A stretch of DNA of 63,910 nt, filler included, from Octopus bimaculoides (lineage: Eukaryota), in the NCBI RefSeq assembly GCF_001194135.2. It is 5 parts of 5 records of this genome, joined end to end, with 100 filler letters (N's around TTAATTAATTAA, not from the genome) between each part and the next. Parts side by side here need not be neighbours in the genome. Positions count along the whole stretch, not along the records: positions 1 to 14,607 come from NC_068997.1; positions 14,708 to 34,818 come from NC_068981.1; 3 more parts are not named here. One strand, written 5' to 3'. This document shows positions 12,213 through 24,554 of this stretch, one piece after another (position 1 is the first letter of the stretch; each line of letters starts with the position of its first letter). The translations under genes and the position numbers were made by a program. The notes under the pieces are model-generated. The model searched no databases. It was not told where the DNA came from and worked only from the letters and a program-made list of their open reading frames with translations.

Positions 12213-14607
12213 CATCTAAAAGATACTGCTGGAAGTATTTAGCAATCTAGTGTCGATCATACTACGTATTTATTTTGTTTATCATTGTATAGGTAATAAA
12301 TATACACGTTGTGTATGTATGTGTATGTGTGTTAGTTTCTTTTGCGTATGTGTATATGTGGTTTTGTTTGTGCATTTATAGATGCTTTGTGTGGAGGGTA
12401 GAGAATACATGTGTGTGCATTTACATTTTTTTTTTATTCTTATGTGTGAAGACGATCAGCAAGGCTATATGTCTGCCTGATTCACGTTTTACTAAATTGG
12501 AGAATTATATATTCTCTACAGTTATCAAATTATCGCCATCTGAACTCATAAATAAACCATGTGACTACCTCAACCCCTTATACAATTATACTTGGAACCC
12601 TTTCGTACTGATAAAAGGGGAGCTTATGATGTGGCGAAGGTTGCTAAAAATAGTAACCAAATCTTCGCCGGGTTGCATCATTCCCCTTGAAAACTAAAGC
12701 ACACAATCTGTAACTAAGTCCCAGTTATGTACACAATGTTGCAGATCACGAAATAATGGCCATGGCCAGTTGGTCGTTGATCATTATTGTACACATATGT
12801 TGCCGTAAGGTAAGCAATAACAACGAAACGTACACCAACCTGGCTGTACATTGATTCCAAGAACGACCTGTAATCATTTTGCAGATCCGATATTATAACA
12901 GAATTAATTTTTTACCAAAACACGTCGAAGTGTTCTAGTTCTTTACAATACTCCAAAAGTTTTATTAAACATATATACCCAATCTTACTTCCTTCTCTCT
13001 ATCCCTCTTTCTCTCTTTCCTTCTTCTTTTCTCTTTCTCCTCTCCCTTTCTTTCTCTTTTTTCTCTTGCTTACACTAAAGGGTGTTCAATATGAAACATG
13101 NNNNNNNNNNNNNNNNNNNNNNNNNNNNNNNNNNNNNNNNNNNNNNNNNNNNNNNNNNNNNNNNNNNNNNNNNNNNNNNNNNNNNNNNNNNNNNNNNNNN
13201 NNNNNNNNNNNNNNNNNNNNNNNNNNNNNNNNNNNNNNNNNNNNNNNNNNNNNNNNNNNNNNNNNNNNNNNNNNNNNNNNNNNNNNNNNNNNNNNNNNNN
13301 NNNNNNNNNNNNNNNNNNNNNNNNNNNNNNNNNNNNNNNNNNNNNNNNNNNNNNNNNNNNNNNNNNNNNNNNNNNNNNNNNNNNNNNNNNNNNNNNNNNN
13401 NNNNNNNNNNNNNNNNNNNNNNNNNNNNNNNNNNNNNNNNNNNNNNNNNNNNNNNNNNNNNNNNNNNNNNNNNNNNNNNNNNNNNNNNNNNNNNNNNNNN
13501 NNNNNNNNNNNNNNNNNNNNNNNNNNNNNNNNNNNNNNNNNNNNNNNNNNNNNNNNNNNNNNNNNNNNNNNNNNNNNNNNNNNNNNNNNNNNNNNNNNNN
13601 NNNNNNNNNNNNNNNNNNNNNNNNNNNNNNNNNNNNNNNNNNNNNNNNNNNNNNNNNNNNNNNNNNNNNNNNNNNNNNNNNNNNNNNNNNNNNNNNNNNN
13701 NNNNNNNNNNNNNNNNNNNNNNNNNNNNNNNNNNNNNNNNNNNNNNNNNNNNNNNNNNNNNNNNNNNNNNNNNNNNNNNNNNNNNNNNNNNNNNNNNNTA
13801 TATATATATATATATGAATATGTTTGACTTTACAGGCAGACACATTCAATTATACACATATACACATATTCCGGCATATGTGTTTGTGTGTGTGTACACA
13901 TATATACGTATATACATACTCGCAAAAAGAATAAAAACAAAAACCACAGAACATACATTTATCCCACGTCTGCCTGATGTCGTGACATACTCGAGATTTA
14001 TTTGAAGTGGGTGGTAGTTATATAGATATAGAAATATCTAGGTAGCTACTTAAGTCTTTTAGGCTGAGCGGTTTCCCACCCATAACCATAACACAGAGAC
14101 GTTAAATATGTTTGGTCTGTTACCGTTGTCAATAATTTTAATAGAAGACTGATAAGAAACTAGTAAATGAAGCAGTTATGTTGACTGTTGCTAATTACAC
14201 GGAGCCACTTAGTAACACATGCTTACGTACAGCACGATTTTTATGAACTTCTTATTTGTACGTCGGTATGTCTATCTAGATATGCACCCTTGGTTTTCTT
14301 CTGTTTAATGCTGGTAATCTTTCTCTATATGTATGAAAGTATGCTTTTTTTGTTATCTGCCTGATTACACCTTGATTTCTCAATGTATGTAAGTATTCGT
14401 GTATGTTCTTTCGGTTTTATTTTGGAAATTTCTCGTGAAAACAAAAGAACCGGTTTCTAACCCAGAATTAAGCCTCTTACACGGAAATTTAGACATCGAA
14501 TCGGTAGTCTAAACATTGTATTTTGTTCCCCCACCTATCTTTGTCTTCTGTTTTTCTCTTTGCACAATTTTCAGCCATATATATTTTTTTTTCAACCATA
14601 TATATAT

Positions 14608-14707
14608 NNNNNNNNNNNNNNNNNNNNNNNNNNNNNNNNNNNNNNNNNNNNTTAATTAATTAANNNNNNNNNNNNNNNNNNNNNNNNNNNNNNNNNNNNN
14701 NNNNNNN
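14608..14707. other. Artificial 100-bp scaffold join (N44-TTAATTAATTAA-N44); also at 34819-34918, 48993-49092 and 62365-62464
   Basis: The identical 44+12+44 layout occurs four times, and the spacer puts stop codons in all six frames. Confidence 0.95.
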
Positions 14708-16118
14708 TATATATATAAATTATCTTTATTTTATATTTTTATTAACATTTAGTAAATATTAAGAATTGCGTTTTTCATGGCGACCATTGCTGAAGTCAAA
14801 CCGGAAAAACGAAATTACAACTGCAAAAGAAAAGTTGATTGCAATAATAATAACTTGCTTTCCTTAACATCGTCAAATCAACTTGAAGTTGGCATAAAAA
14901 AAACACTAATTTTCAATAGAAATTAATCTGAAATTTTATGATTGTTTTTATTTTTGTTTATATATTTTCTTTTGAATATTGACGAAGCTGGCTTACAATC
15001 ACTCAAGACAAAATTCAATGAGGCACATACTATAGTCGTTCTACTTTTTAAACAGAAATCAATTTAAATGAATATGGATATTAATAGAAGAAATATTTTA
15101 TTCATTTGTTTGTAATATATTCCTTGATATGTTTGTTTTCTTTTAATCCGGACTTTGCAACATTTTACAAAATTATGAATTTGGAAATAAAAAAAAAAGT
15201 TTGCAAATATTTTGACTTTATAACTCTTTAGGTAAAATTCTTTTGTCTAAACGGCAATAGTTATAAATACATACATACAGATATAAATACACGCACGCAC
15301 ACATACACACACACCACACTCACATACGCACATTTTTATATGTATCTATATAAATGTATATATAAAAAGTTTATTTGTATTTTGCGTATATGTGTGTGTG
15401 TGTGTGTGTATGGTTGTTAATATATTTGTTAAGCATCTACATGTATGCACATATGTATGCGTGTATTCCTTTGAATATGTTCGTATTATACGTATACTTC
15501 TTTCCCAATTCTATAATATATTCATTAATAAACAATGGAAATTTTAAAAGAATGTAGAAATTTATCGAAAGATATTTTATTATTAAACAACACCGCTCAA
15601 CACAAAACCCGTCTTTCATATTTGTTCTTAAATTCGGAGATTAACAATTTTAATTGAATTATGTTTTATAGTCTACATACTAATTTAAAGATTAATCATA
15701 TAAATAAGTCTACAAGAGATACTTTTTATTTATGCACTGTTTAACTCTCATGGAAACTTACTAACACTGAAATTTTTCATAATATTTCCAACCAAATACA
15801 CGATACTCTAAACGCCATATTGTCCATGACTAATTTCATCAACAAATGTAAGTATGATTTCACTATTAAATATATGTTTATATAATTTTCGTATCCATAT
15901 ATAGCTTAGGTATATATATAGTTAAGTAAATATTGAATAAGAAATATTAGTATATAATAAAAGTAATGATTTTGATACCCTTTATAAATTCTCCCCTTTC
16001 TTCGTAACAAACAGAACATAAGTCTATAACCAAATTAATGAAACATTTCATTTATGAACTAAAAGTAATACTGTAATATGTATGTGTGTATTTGAATGTG
16101 TAATAGACAAATGTAGAC

Positions 16119-16285
<167 letters not shown>

Positions 16286-16340
16286 TGTTGCGTGATTTGG
16301 AGGTGATGTACACGAATTATATATTAGAAAAAATAAGTTA

Positions 16341-16547
16341 CTCAGATATCTGAATGGCTGTACGTTTACAGATTTTTATTAATATGGCACATGTTTTATA
16401 ATTATTAGTGCTTGCACCTATTCTTGTAGGTTCTTCAGATATGATTTCACTTGAAATAATAGAAGAATAGGTGCAAGTGCTAATATTTATAAAACATGTG
16501 TCATATTAATAAAAATCTGTAAATGTACCACCATCCACATATCTGAG
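16341..16547. mobile_element. Hairpin MITE with ~85-bp TIRs and TA target duplication
   Basis: Arms 16341-16425 and 16463-16547 are reverse complements with about 9 mismatches by eye. Flanks read TA-ctcagatat ... atatctgag-TA. Confidence 0.85.
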
Positions 16548-16563
16548 TACCTGATTATTTTTC

Positions 16564-16597
<34 letters not shown>

Positions 16598-17729
16598 TTT
16601 GTGGGGGAGGTATGCATAAATATATATGTACATGTATATATGCATATGAGTGCGTCTCTGTGTATGTCTGTANNNNNNNNNNNNNNNNNNNNNNNNNNNN
16701 NNNNNNNNNNNNNNNNNNNNNNNNNNNNNNNNNNNNNNNNNNNNNNNNNNNNNNNNNNNNNNNNNNNNNNNNNNNNNNNNNNNNNNNNNNNNNNNNNNNN
16801 NNNNNNNNNNNNNNNNNNNNNNNNNNNNNNNNNNNNNNNNNNNNNNNNNNNNNNNNNNNNNNNNNNNNNNATGAATAAATAAATGAATCTCAGTGTGTGC
16901 GACTCAGTGCCTACATTTTGGGTATGATTGCGCGAACATGGAATTATATTTGTTACAATATATAAAAGGCTACACGATAGTTTAGAAAATTAGGTTTATG
17001 GAATTACTGTTCAGTTAAGTAAAAGGCGTCATGTTTCTCGTTAAACAATATTTCAAAATATAATCATATATATTTGATTCTTAAAATACAATGAATTCTT
17101 CATCTAAATTTTAAAATGTTGTAATAAAGTATGTGTGTATGTGTGTGTGTTTGTGTCTGTGTGCTTGTGAGTATGCATACAAGTGTGTATACGTATATGT
17201 GTATATTCCAAATGGCTGTGAATACGCGATCAAGGGGCCTCTACATAGACACCGGCACGCAACAGACCACATTCAACAGCTGGAGGACAAAAGGTGGATT
17301 ATGTAATTCATGTTATGTTCCCTTTGTACAATTATCCTTCAAGCTACAACTTGAAAACTGAGGTACAAAATTGTAATTGTATTCCTAGTTATGCAAATCA
17401 CGGTTAACGAATGGAATATATTTTGTTAGTTTTATTTATTCTCATTGTCTCGAATATTCTACGTCAAATTTTACATTTTAAGCTGCTAGTAAATAGAATA
17501 CAACAATGTTGAATATAAAACTTATGGTGACATAACAGATGTTGGACATGGATACCATTATTCTGGTTTTAACCGTAATATACACAGACAAGAAAGAATT
17601 AAATAGACACCCCATAAAACTTTGTTTTATGATTATTGTAACTTGATAAGGTTTATATATTTCATTGATTGACATTTTTATGCTTCACTTCTATATGTGA
17701 CTGTTTAATCATGATGTTAATCCACATAC

Positions 17730-18750
17730 AAAATAAGCCTTGGAACTGTTCGAATTTCAAAGAGTCCATATTGTGGATCAATCTGATGGTGGACTTAGTC
17801 GCAGAAAACCTTGAGATCCCTCTTCCTACAGTTAATAGAGTGATTGTGCAATGCACTATAGAGAGAGGAAAGCCCAGGTCGACCAGGGCCCTCTAACAGG
17901 ACCTTTCGCATTGCTAAGAGAAGTGTGGAGGATAATCCTCGTTGCAAGGCGTCTGACATAGCAGAACAAGTCGATGTCAATCACAGAATAGCTCTCAGTA
18001 ATCTTCACAAACGTGGCTACAATGGTACAGCAGCAAGAATGTAGTTACTTCTTCCACCATCTAATATCAAGCGGAGAAAGGATTGTGCCAGCGTGATGTT
18101 GGAGAGGCCACTGGAATTTGGGGCCACTGGAATTTGGGGCCACTGGAATTTGGGGCCACTGTAATATATTCTCTGATGAGTTCAGATTTGCTGTATTTTC
18201 TGACAGTGGTCGAGTGTGGTTCTGGAGACTCTGTGATCAAGACTTTGACATGAAAAGATTGCAGCCAACAATGAAACACGGCGATTGCTCTGTGATGGTC
18301 TAGGAAGCAACTGGGAAGCAACTGGGAAGCAACTCGGAGAGTTGGCGGAATGTGAGGGAAACAGAAACTGAGATAAATATGTATCCATAATGCGGAAAGG
18401 ACTCCTGCCAATCTTCTCCAGTGGTCAAATTATTGAAGAAGACTTTTTATTTATGGAAGCCTTGTCACACGGCTAAACAGACCCAAGATTAGCTGGAAGA
18501 GAATGGTTTTAAAATGCTTCCATGGCCAAGCCAGTCACCAGATATAAACCCTATGAAACACCTCTGGAGCACAGTGGACAGGACATTTCGTAAAAAGAAC
18601 AATAAAACATCCTCAAAGCCAGGTATTTTGAGATTATTTAAGGAAACTTGGAAAGAAATTCCTCTAGAGAATATTAGTCATTCGAACAGTAGCATGTCAA
18701 ATAGAGTCCTTGCATTGAAAAATGAAAAGGACATGACTACTAAATATTAG
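17730..18750 (+). pseudogene. Tc1-family transposase pseudogene
   Basis: Fragments include IPLPTVNRVI (HTH region), IFSDEFRF (first D), RLQPTMKHG..SVMV and WPSQSPDINPMKHLW (third acidic position), ending TTKY*. Multiple frameshifts and stops; no TIRs recognised. Confidence 0.9.
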
Positions 18751-19286
18751 ATATCCACATTATAATAACTAATAAATAATCTGTATGTATAGTTTTAGAT
18801 TTAAATATATTTCAACGATTATTGCTAGTTGAAGAACCTTCACGTCAGCGGGGTGAAGATTGGTGGGCTTTCTGCTCTGTCTTCGTGCTTGTCCCATGTT
18901 TGGTCATGTTTCAACTTCTCGATTCACTCATTCACGTTTCTACACGTTAAAAAGTTGTTTGAAATTCTGTGATGAAGTTAGCCTCCTGATATCTTAAGAC
19001 CAAACTGACCTCTATTCTTCCTTGGTACACAATGCCAGTGAAGCAGCCATGTTTACTCAGCAACACAAAAAAGAAAACCTGAGCGATCAAAGTCCAACCA
19101 CGGGTACGTAACTGCCAACGTACCGCCTACAAGCACGCGAATGATTTTTGACTTTACTTTGTATACACACACGCGCACATACACACACAAACAAACACAT
19201 GAGCGTAAATACCACAGCACACACACACACGCACATACACACACACGCACACACATACAATATGTCTTATGTTTTATAAGATAAAA

Positions 19287-19292
19287 ACTTAC
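19287..19292 (-). other. 5' splice donor GTAAGT (phase 2) of the GluA exon
   Basis: Plus-strand acttac at 19287-19292 is the perfect GTAAGT consensus; the ORF stops immediately if read through. Confidence 0.93.
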
Positions 19293-19537
19293 CGAAGAGG
19301 TGAATTCATCGGTGTTGCTACGCCGTAACCTTTTGAATCGAGATTCTCACCAACTTTCATAGTATTGCATGGTTTTCTCTGGTTAAAGTAATCATTCATA
19401 ACAGATTCCAGAAAAAATGCATATGTTCCTTTCGAATTCCGAACTCGTTCAACGGCTTTGCTAGTATTGGAGACAAATACGGTTGTGTCCTGTGACATCA
19501 CATCCCAAATTCTTCGATAGATAGACACTTGTGATCT
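19293..19537 (-). CDS. GluA: Internal coding exon of an AMPA-type ionotropic glutamate receptor subunit (S2 ligand-binding segment, homologous to vertebrate GRIA exon 13)
   Basis: Minus strand reads ...ttttacAG|aga tca caa gtg... and ends ...cct ctt cg|GTAAGT. Length is 245 nt (81 codons + 2 nt). Translation is [82 protein letters not shown]. It aligns with one single-residue gap to GluA2 RSKIAVFDKMW...[44 protein letters not shown]. The paralog cannot be assigned from one exon. Confidence 0.96.
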
Positions 19538-19560
19538 CTGTAAAATATTACAAAATAATA
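19538..19560 (-). other. 3' splice acceptor (phase 0) of the GluA exon
   Basis: Minus strand tattattttgtaatattttacAG; the junction coincides with the start of GRIA exon 13 (RSK/RSQ). Confidence 0.9.
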
Positions 19561-21896
19561 TTATCAGTTACCATAATCTCCGGATTATATTGTTACAAAC
19601 AGAGAATGAAATTTTTTATTGATGATTCCATAAACTTTAAAATACATCTACTAATTCTTTAAAACTGTTATTAACTTGTAGACCTTTCACAAGTAACGGA
19701 TAATTGAGCGTCTTCTGTTAAATGCATATTTCTACACATAAACACGCGCACATTTATACAAATACATTCACGTATGTGTGTATATTTACACATATATGTA
19801 TGTATCTATCAATGTATATATGCATGGATGCGTGTGCATAAGTGTGGTAGGTGGTGTGTAGAACAATACTGTTGCTTCTAAGAACGTGAATATCTAAGAC
19901 ACACTTTCATATTGTATAAATACACAATTCCCTTAAACTATGTTCACATATAATAATTTCGTTACTTTCGTAGCTAGAAGGGATTTATCACTGATAAAAC
20001 ACATATTTCGACAAAATTTCTATAAATACAACTTACAGAAAGAAGGTTACATATTTGCCAGAGAAGTGAATGCAAAGGAATTTATTGTCGATAACTAGAA
20101 TTAGTCTTGTTGATGCTGCGTTCATATTTACACACGATGTATATATATATATAGTAGCATTTTGTGTAACATCTATTTCCAGGGGAAAATATTCTTGCAA
20201 AAGATGTTTAATATCAATAATTTCAAACTATAATGAAATCATGAAACATAGAAACGAGGTTTCTCAATTGGGATGTAACTAAGTATAGTTTTTCGGATAA
20301 TGTCAACTCCAATTATTCGAAGTGACAAAATTGAATATATTCATTTATTCGAAAACATTTTTTCTGCTTCTTGTTGCTATTCTGTCACCTCAGAACGAAA
20401 ATATGCATCACAATTGGACATAAACTTCCAAAACTTTGAGACTGCATTTGTAAAGAGAAAGATAATTGCAGCAGTTATCACGCACCCAGAAAAATACATC
20501 TTTCAACATTTAGTTTTTATACATCAGAACTTCGTTATTAAACAGTCTCCAGTATATTCTTTAATTTTTTTTTTTTTTTGCTTTTCTTTTCTACATTCAC
20601 CAGATCTCAGGTATTGGAGGGCTTACTTGATGAAATCGAGCTCTGATATTATTCTGTCTTTTATATATATAAGAAAAACAAAAGTCGAAGACAAGTGTAT
20701 AAACAACAAGCAGGTGTATTAGTCTGACGCTCTGGGAGGTGAGAAAGTTTTATACGTTTCGAGTCTACGCTCTTCAACAGAAAAGAACACGAGGAAATAA
20801 ACAGAGAGAGAATGATGTTTGTGTGTGTGTGTGTGTGTGTGTGAATGGTAGAGGAGGAAATATATTAAAACTCTTTTTTCATTATATAAATTATTACTGT
20901 TCAATGTAATATGTAACAGATAATAGATTATTGTCTAAAGAATCAACATATACTAACATTACATAATTAATGATGTAGAATTTCAAACATACTTTCAGGT
21001 ATGATATTTAACAATAATATGGTACAAAAGAATATATATTTAGTTTAAGAAGAAATAAATACAGTACTTTATGTGATATATTCCGTTTTCAAGCATTGTG
21101 CGAAAGAGTGAAATATATGCATTAAAGGGGAAATGCATTGTATTAACACAATGTTAGAAATGTAGAGTTGAATTGAATAGAATGTGAATATAATTCTCTC
21201 TAGAAACTTCAGATAATACAATTCAAGATGATACTTCTGAGCTTGCATGGTATAGCTGCAGCCAAACGACAGACATATGCACATGAATACCAGAACGTTG
21301 AAACAATTATACATTCATGAAATTTTTTTTCTTTGTTTGCTATGCTTGTTTTCGTTTGTTCTGCTATGCTTGTTTGCTTATTTGCTTGTTTTGTTTGGGT
21401 CTTTTTTCTTCTGCAAGTAATTTCTATTAGAACTATAAGACATCAGCTCATTACAATTTTGATACGATGAAGATGCACACAGGCAACAAATATTTCATTA
21501 GAAACCCGCTATCCTCTCACATGCTATTAATCACGACTAACTAAATTCTCATTTATTATAAATCTTACAACTAGCTGTTGTCATTATATCATCATCGTTC
21601 TTCTCACTTGTCAACACTGAGCGAACAAATGCAAAGAAATATCCTGAAACTTCATTAACATAACTCAATGCTCTATGTTTGATGTTTTCCCAGAAAAATC
21701 TATTTATACTAAATTTTTGTTTTCTGAAGATTATAAATGATACACTTGTTTTGAAAATTAATCAATTTTTCTCTTTTGGCTTTTTTTTTCCTTTTGTCTT
21801 GTTATATTCACAATGAAAAGCACTACATAAGGACAACAATGTTTCCTGCGTTATGCTTAGAATGAGAAGTGACTGAAGTTAAGTGAAGGATGATAT

Positions 21897-22080
<184 letters not shown>

Positions 22081-22491
22081 AAAGTTAACTTTCAGTTGCT
22101 TATAGATAGATGAATCTGATGCAAGTTAAGTAAATAGAACGCTATATGTGAAATAATCATGAAGTGGTTGCATATAAAACTAATCTTAAAGTGAAGGTGA
22201 TGTATGCGAAATTATTGTTATGCGTTTAAAATTTGCTTGTGACGAAATGCTCAAATATGTGTGTGTGTGTGTAACATTTAATGTGCACAGTATAAATTCA
22301 TTAATTTTTAAAGATGAAGCTGAACATTTTAATTAGGTCACATTCCCAATGAAGATATGAAGTATGTGATGAGCAGCTGTACAATATCATAAAAGGACTT
22401 CTTTCTAATATTGTACTACTTTCTTACTAAAACAATGTCATTCGTCAGAAAGACAGACCTGGCAAAGCAGTTTAATTGTTGAGTACATATA

Positions 22492-23167
22492 CAGGGTCAG
22501 CCATAAGCAACTATATATTTTCTTTTGCTTGTAACTTTGTTGATACTTATTCAATTTTTCTATTTCATATATCATTTGAAAGCTGAAATCTTATATTTTT
22601 ATTTCATTTTTTTTCTCCTATTTCAGATATACTGTCATATCGATTATGTCCACCCGATTAACAAAAGAGCAAAAGATTCGATTTTGAAATGGTTCTGCAC
22701 AAAGTTATCTGGCTATGCTACAGAAGCTCCTTTTGCCGTTATTACAAGAGCAGGATGGAGCAGAGGGTCTGTACTATTATGCTACGCGTGTGCGAGACTG
22801 GCTGGACACCAACCTGCCCTATCGATGGATTGGCAGGCGAGGACCGCTCGAGGACCGTCTCGTTCACCTGATTTGACCCCACCCGAATTTTTCTTGTGGG
22901 ACGTTCTCAAAGACAAAGTCAACTCAACAAAGACCGGCAACATTGCTGAACTTAAGGAACAAATTCGAGCTGCCAGATAACTTTGTGCAGAACCATTTCA
23001 AAACTGCAATCTTTAATAGATATAACAGTATATCTGAAATAAGGGGAAAAAAGGAAATAAAAATATAAGATTTCAGCTTTCAAATGACATATGAAATAAA
23101 AAAATTGAATAAGTATCAACAAAGTTACAAGCAAAAGAATATATATAGTTACTTATGGCGGACCCTG
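22492..23167 (+). mobile_element. Internally deleted Tc1/mariner-superfamily element with ~200-bp inverted arms and TA TSD
   Basis: Ends read TA-cagggtcagccataag ... cttatggcggaccctg-TA. Arms are 22492-22713 and 22972-23167. The spacer encodes QDGA..VRDWLD..RWIGRRGP / RSPDLTP.EFFLW..LKDKV transposase motifs across a frameshift. Confidence 0.9.
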
Positions 23168-23491
23168 TATATGTCTATCATTCACAAAGAATATTGGCGT
23201 AACGAAGTCCCGAATCTTTTGTCAATTGCAAACATAATGCGCTGTTAGCTGATGTTAGTAACAGCTTTAAACGTCAGCTATCAGGTATGGACAACTCTTT
23301 CAACATAAATGACAAGGGAAATATTTCCAAACAACTATTTCTGAAAGCAAAATTACTTTTGTTGCTAAATGACTAAACACCTAACTGGAAAGGTTGAGAT
23401 TTTCATCGAAACAGGTGGTGCCCCATCACGTAGCTTGCAAGCACAATATCTCAGCGGAAGAGGAACAAATGCAGAATAAGTCAAATGGTTA

Positions 23492-23704
23492 GGGAAGCGA
23501 GCTGGCAGAATCGTTAGCAGGCCGGGTGAAATGCTAAGCGGTATTTCGTCTGTGGTTACATTCTGAGTTCAAATTCCACCGAGGACGACTTTGCCTTTCA
23601 AACTTTCGGGGTTGATAAATTAAGTACCAGTTGCGTACTGGTGTCGATCTAATCGACTGGCCCCTCCCCAAAAATGTTGGGCCTTGTGCCTAGCGTAGAA
23701 AAGG
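23492..23704 (+). mobile_element. SINE family B with a 16-bp target-site duplication
   Basis: A box ctggcagaatcgttag and B box gagttcaaattcc are present. ataagtcaaatggtta is duplicated at 23476-23491 and 23705-23720. Confidence 0.92.
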
Positions 23705-24170
23705 ATAAGTCAAATGGTTAAAAAAAAACAGCTTATGTACGCGTAATTTTATACTGAATTATAGAAAAATATGTTTATGGTAAAGATTNNNNNNNNNNNN
23801 NNNNNNNNNNNNNNNNNNNNNNNNNNNNNNNNNNNNNNNNNNNNNNNNNNNNNNNNNNNNNNNNNNNNNNNNNNNNNNNNNNNNNNNNNNNNNNNNNNNN
23901 NNNNNNNNNNNNNNNNNNNNNNNNNNNNNNNNNNNNNNNNNNNNNNNNNNNNNNNNNNNNNNNNNNNNNNNNNNNNNNNNNNNNNNNNNNNNNNNNNNNN
24001 NNNNNNNNNNNNNNNNNNNNNNNNNNNNNNNNNNNNNNNNNNNNNNNNNNNNNNNNNNNNNNNNNNNNNNNNNNNNNNNNNNNNNNNNNNNNNNNNNNNN
24101 NNNNNNNNNNNNNNNNNNNNNNNNNNNNNNNNNNNNNNNNNNNNNNNNNNNNNNNNNNNNNNNNNNNNNN

Positions 24171-24235
<65 letters not shown>

Positions 24236-24239
<4 letters not shown>

Positions 24240-24554
24240 GTGAAGGCTAAGTGGTTAGGGTATTCGGCTCATCATGGTAATGTTGTGAGTTCAATTCCCA
24301 GCAATAGGTTGTGTCCTTCAGGAAGACACTTTATTTCACATTTCTCCAGTCCACTCAGCTGGCAAAAATGAGTAGTACCTGTATTTTAAATGGCCAGCCT
24401 TGTCACACTCTGTGTCAGGCTGAATCTCCCTAACAACTACGTTACGGGTATACATGTCTGTTGTGTGCTCAGCCACTTGCACGTTAATTTCACGAGAGCA
24501 AGCTGTTCCTCTGATCGTATCAGCTTGGACCCTCGTCGTCGTGATCGACGGAGC

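Noticed and set aside
12690-12900. Cluster of splice-like motifs on both strands as a GluA C-terminal exon or nested exon
   Set aside because: No frame gives a recognisable product, and the sites do not form a convincing acceptor/donor pair.
14652-14663. TTAATTAATTAA islands inside N runs (four occurrences), which look like a conserved motif or PacI site
   Set aside because: The N44-12-N44 layout is identical each time and totals exactly 100 bp, so it is an assembly spacer rather than biology.
16515-16545. TGG TGG TAC (WWY) on the minus strand as a possible flip/flop-equivalent exon
   Set aside because: The surrounding translation (GWWYIYRFLLI*) does not match LAVLKL...KWWYDKGEC, and it lies within a MITE arm.
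18840-19180. GC-richer sequence just downstream of the GluA exon as an alternative next exon
   Set aside because: Each AG I tested in the required phase gives an early stop or no similarity to iGluR.
19255-19292. Short hairpins (cttat-gtttt-ataag) at the intron start as an editing complementary sequence
   Set aside because: The stems are only 5-7 bp of A/T, lie within the intron and do not pair with the exon end.
20300-20722. 140-aa plus-strand ORF in non-repetitive sequence
   Set aside because: No recognisable domain, F/I/S-rich AT-driven composition and no splice context.
23241-23278. Interleaved 7-bp and 9-bp stems with H-type pseudoknot topology
   Set aside because: Loops are too short for the geometry, and such short matches are expected by chance.
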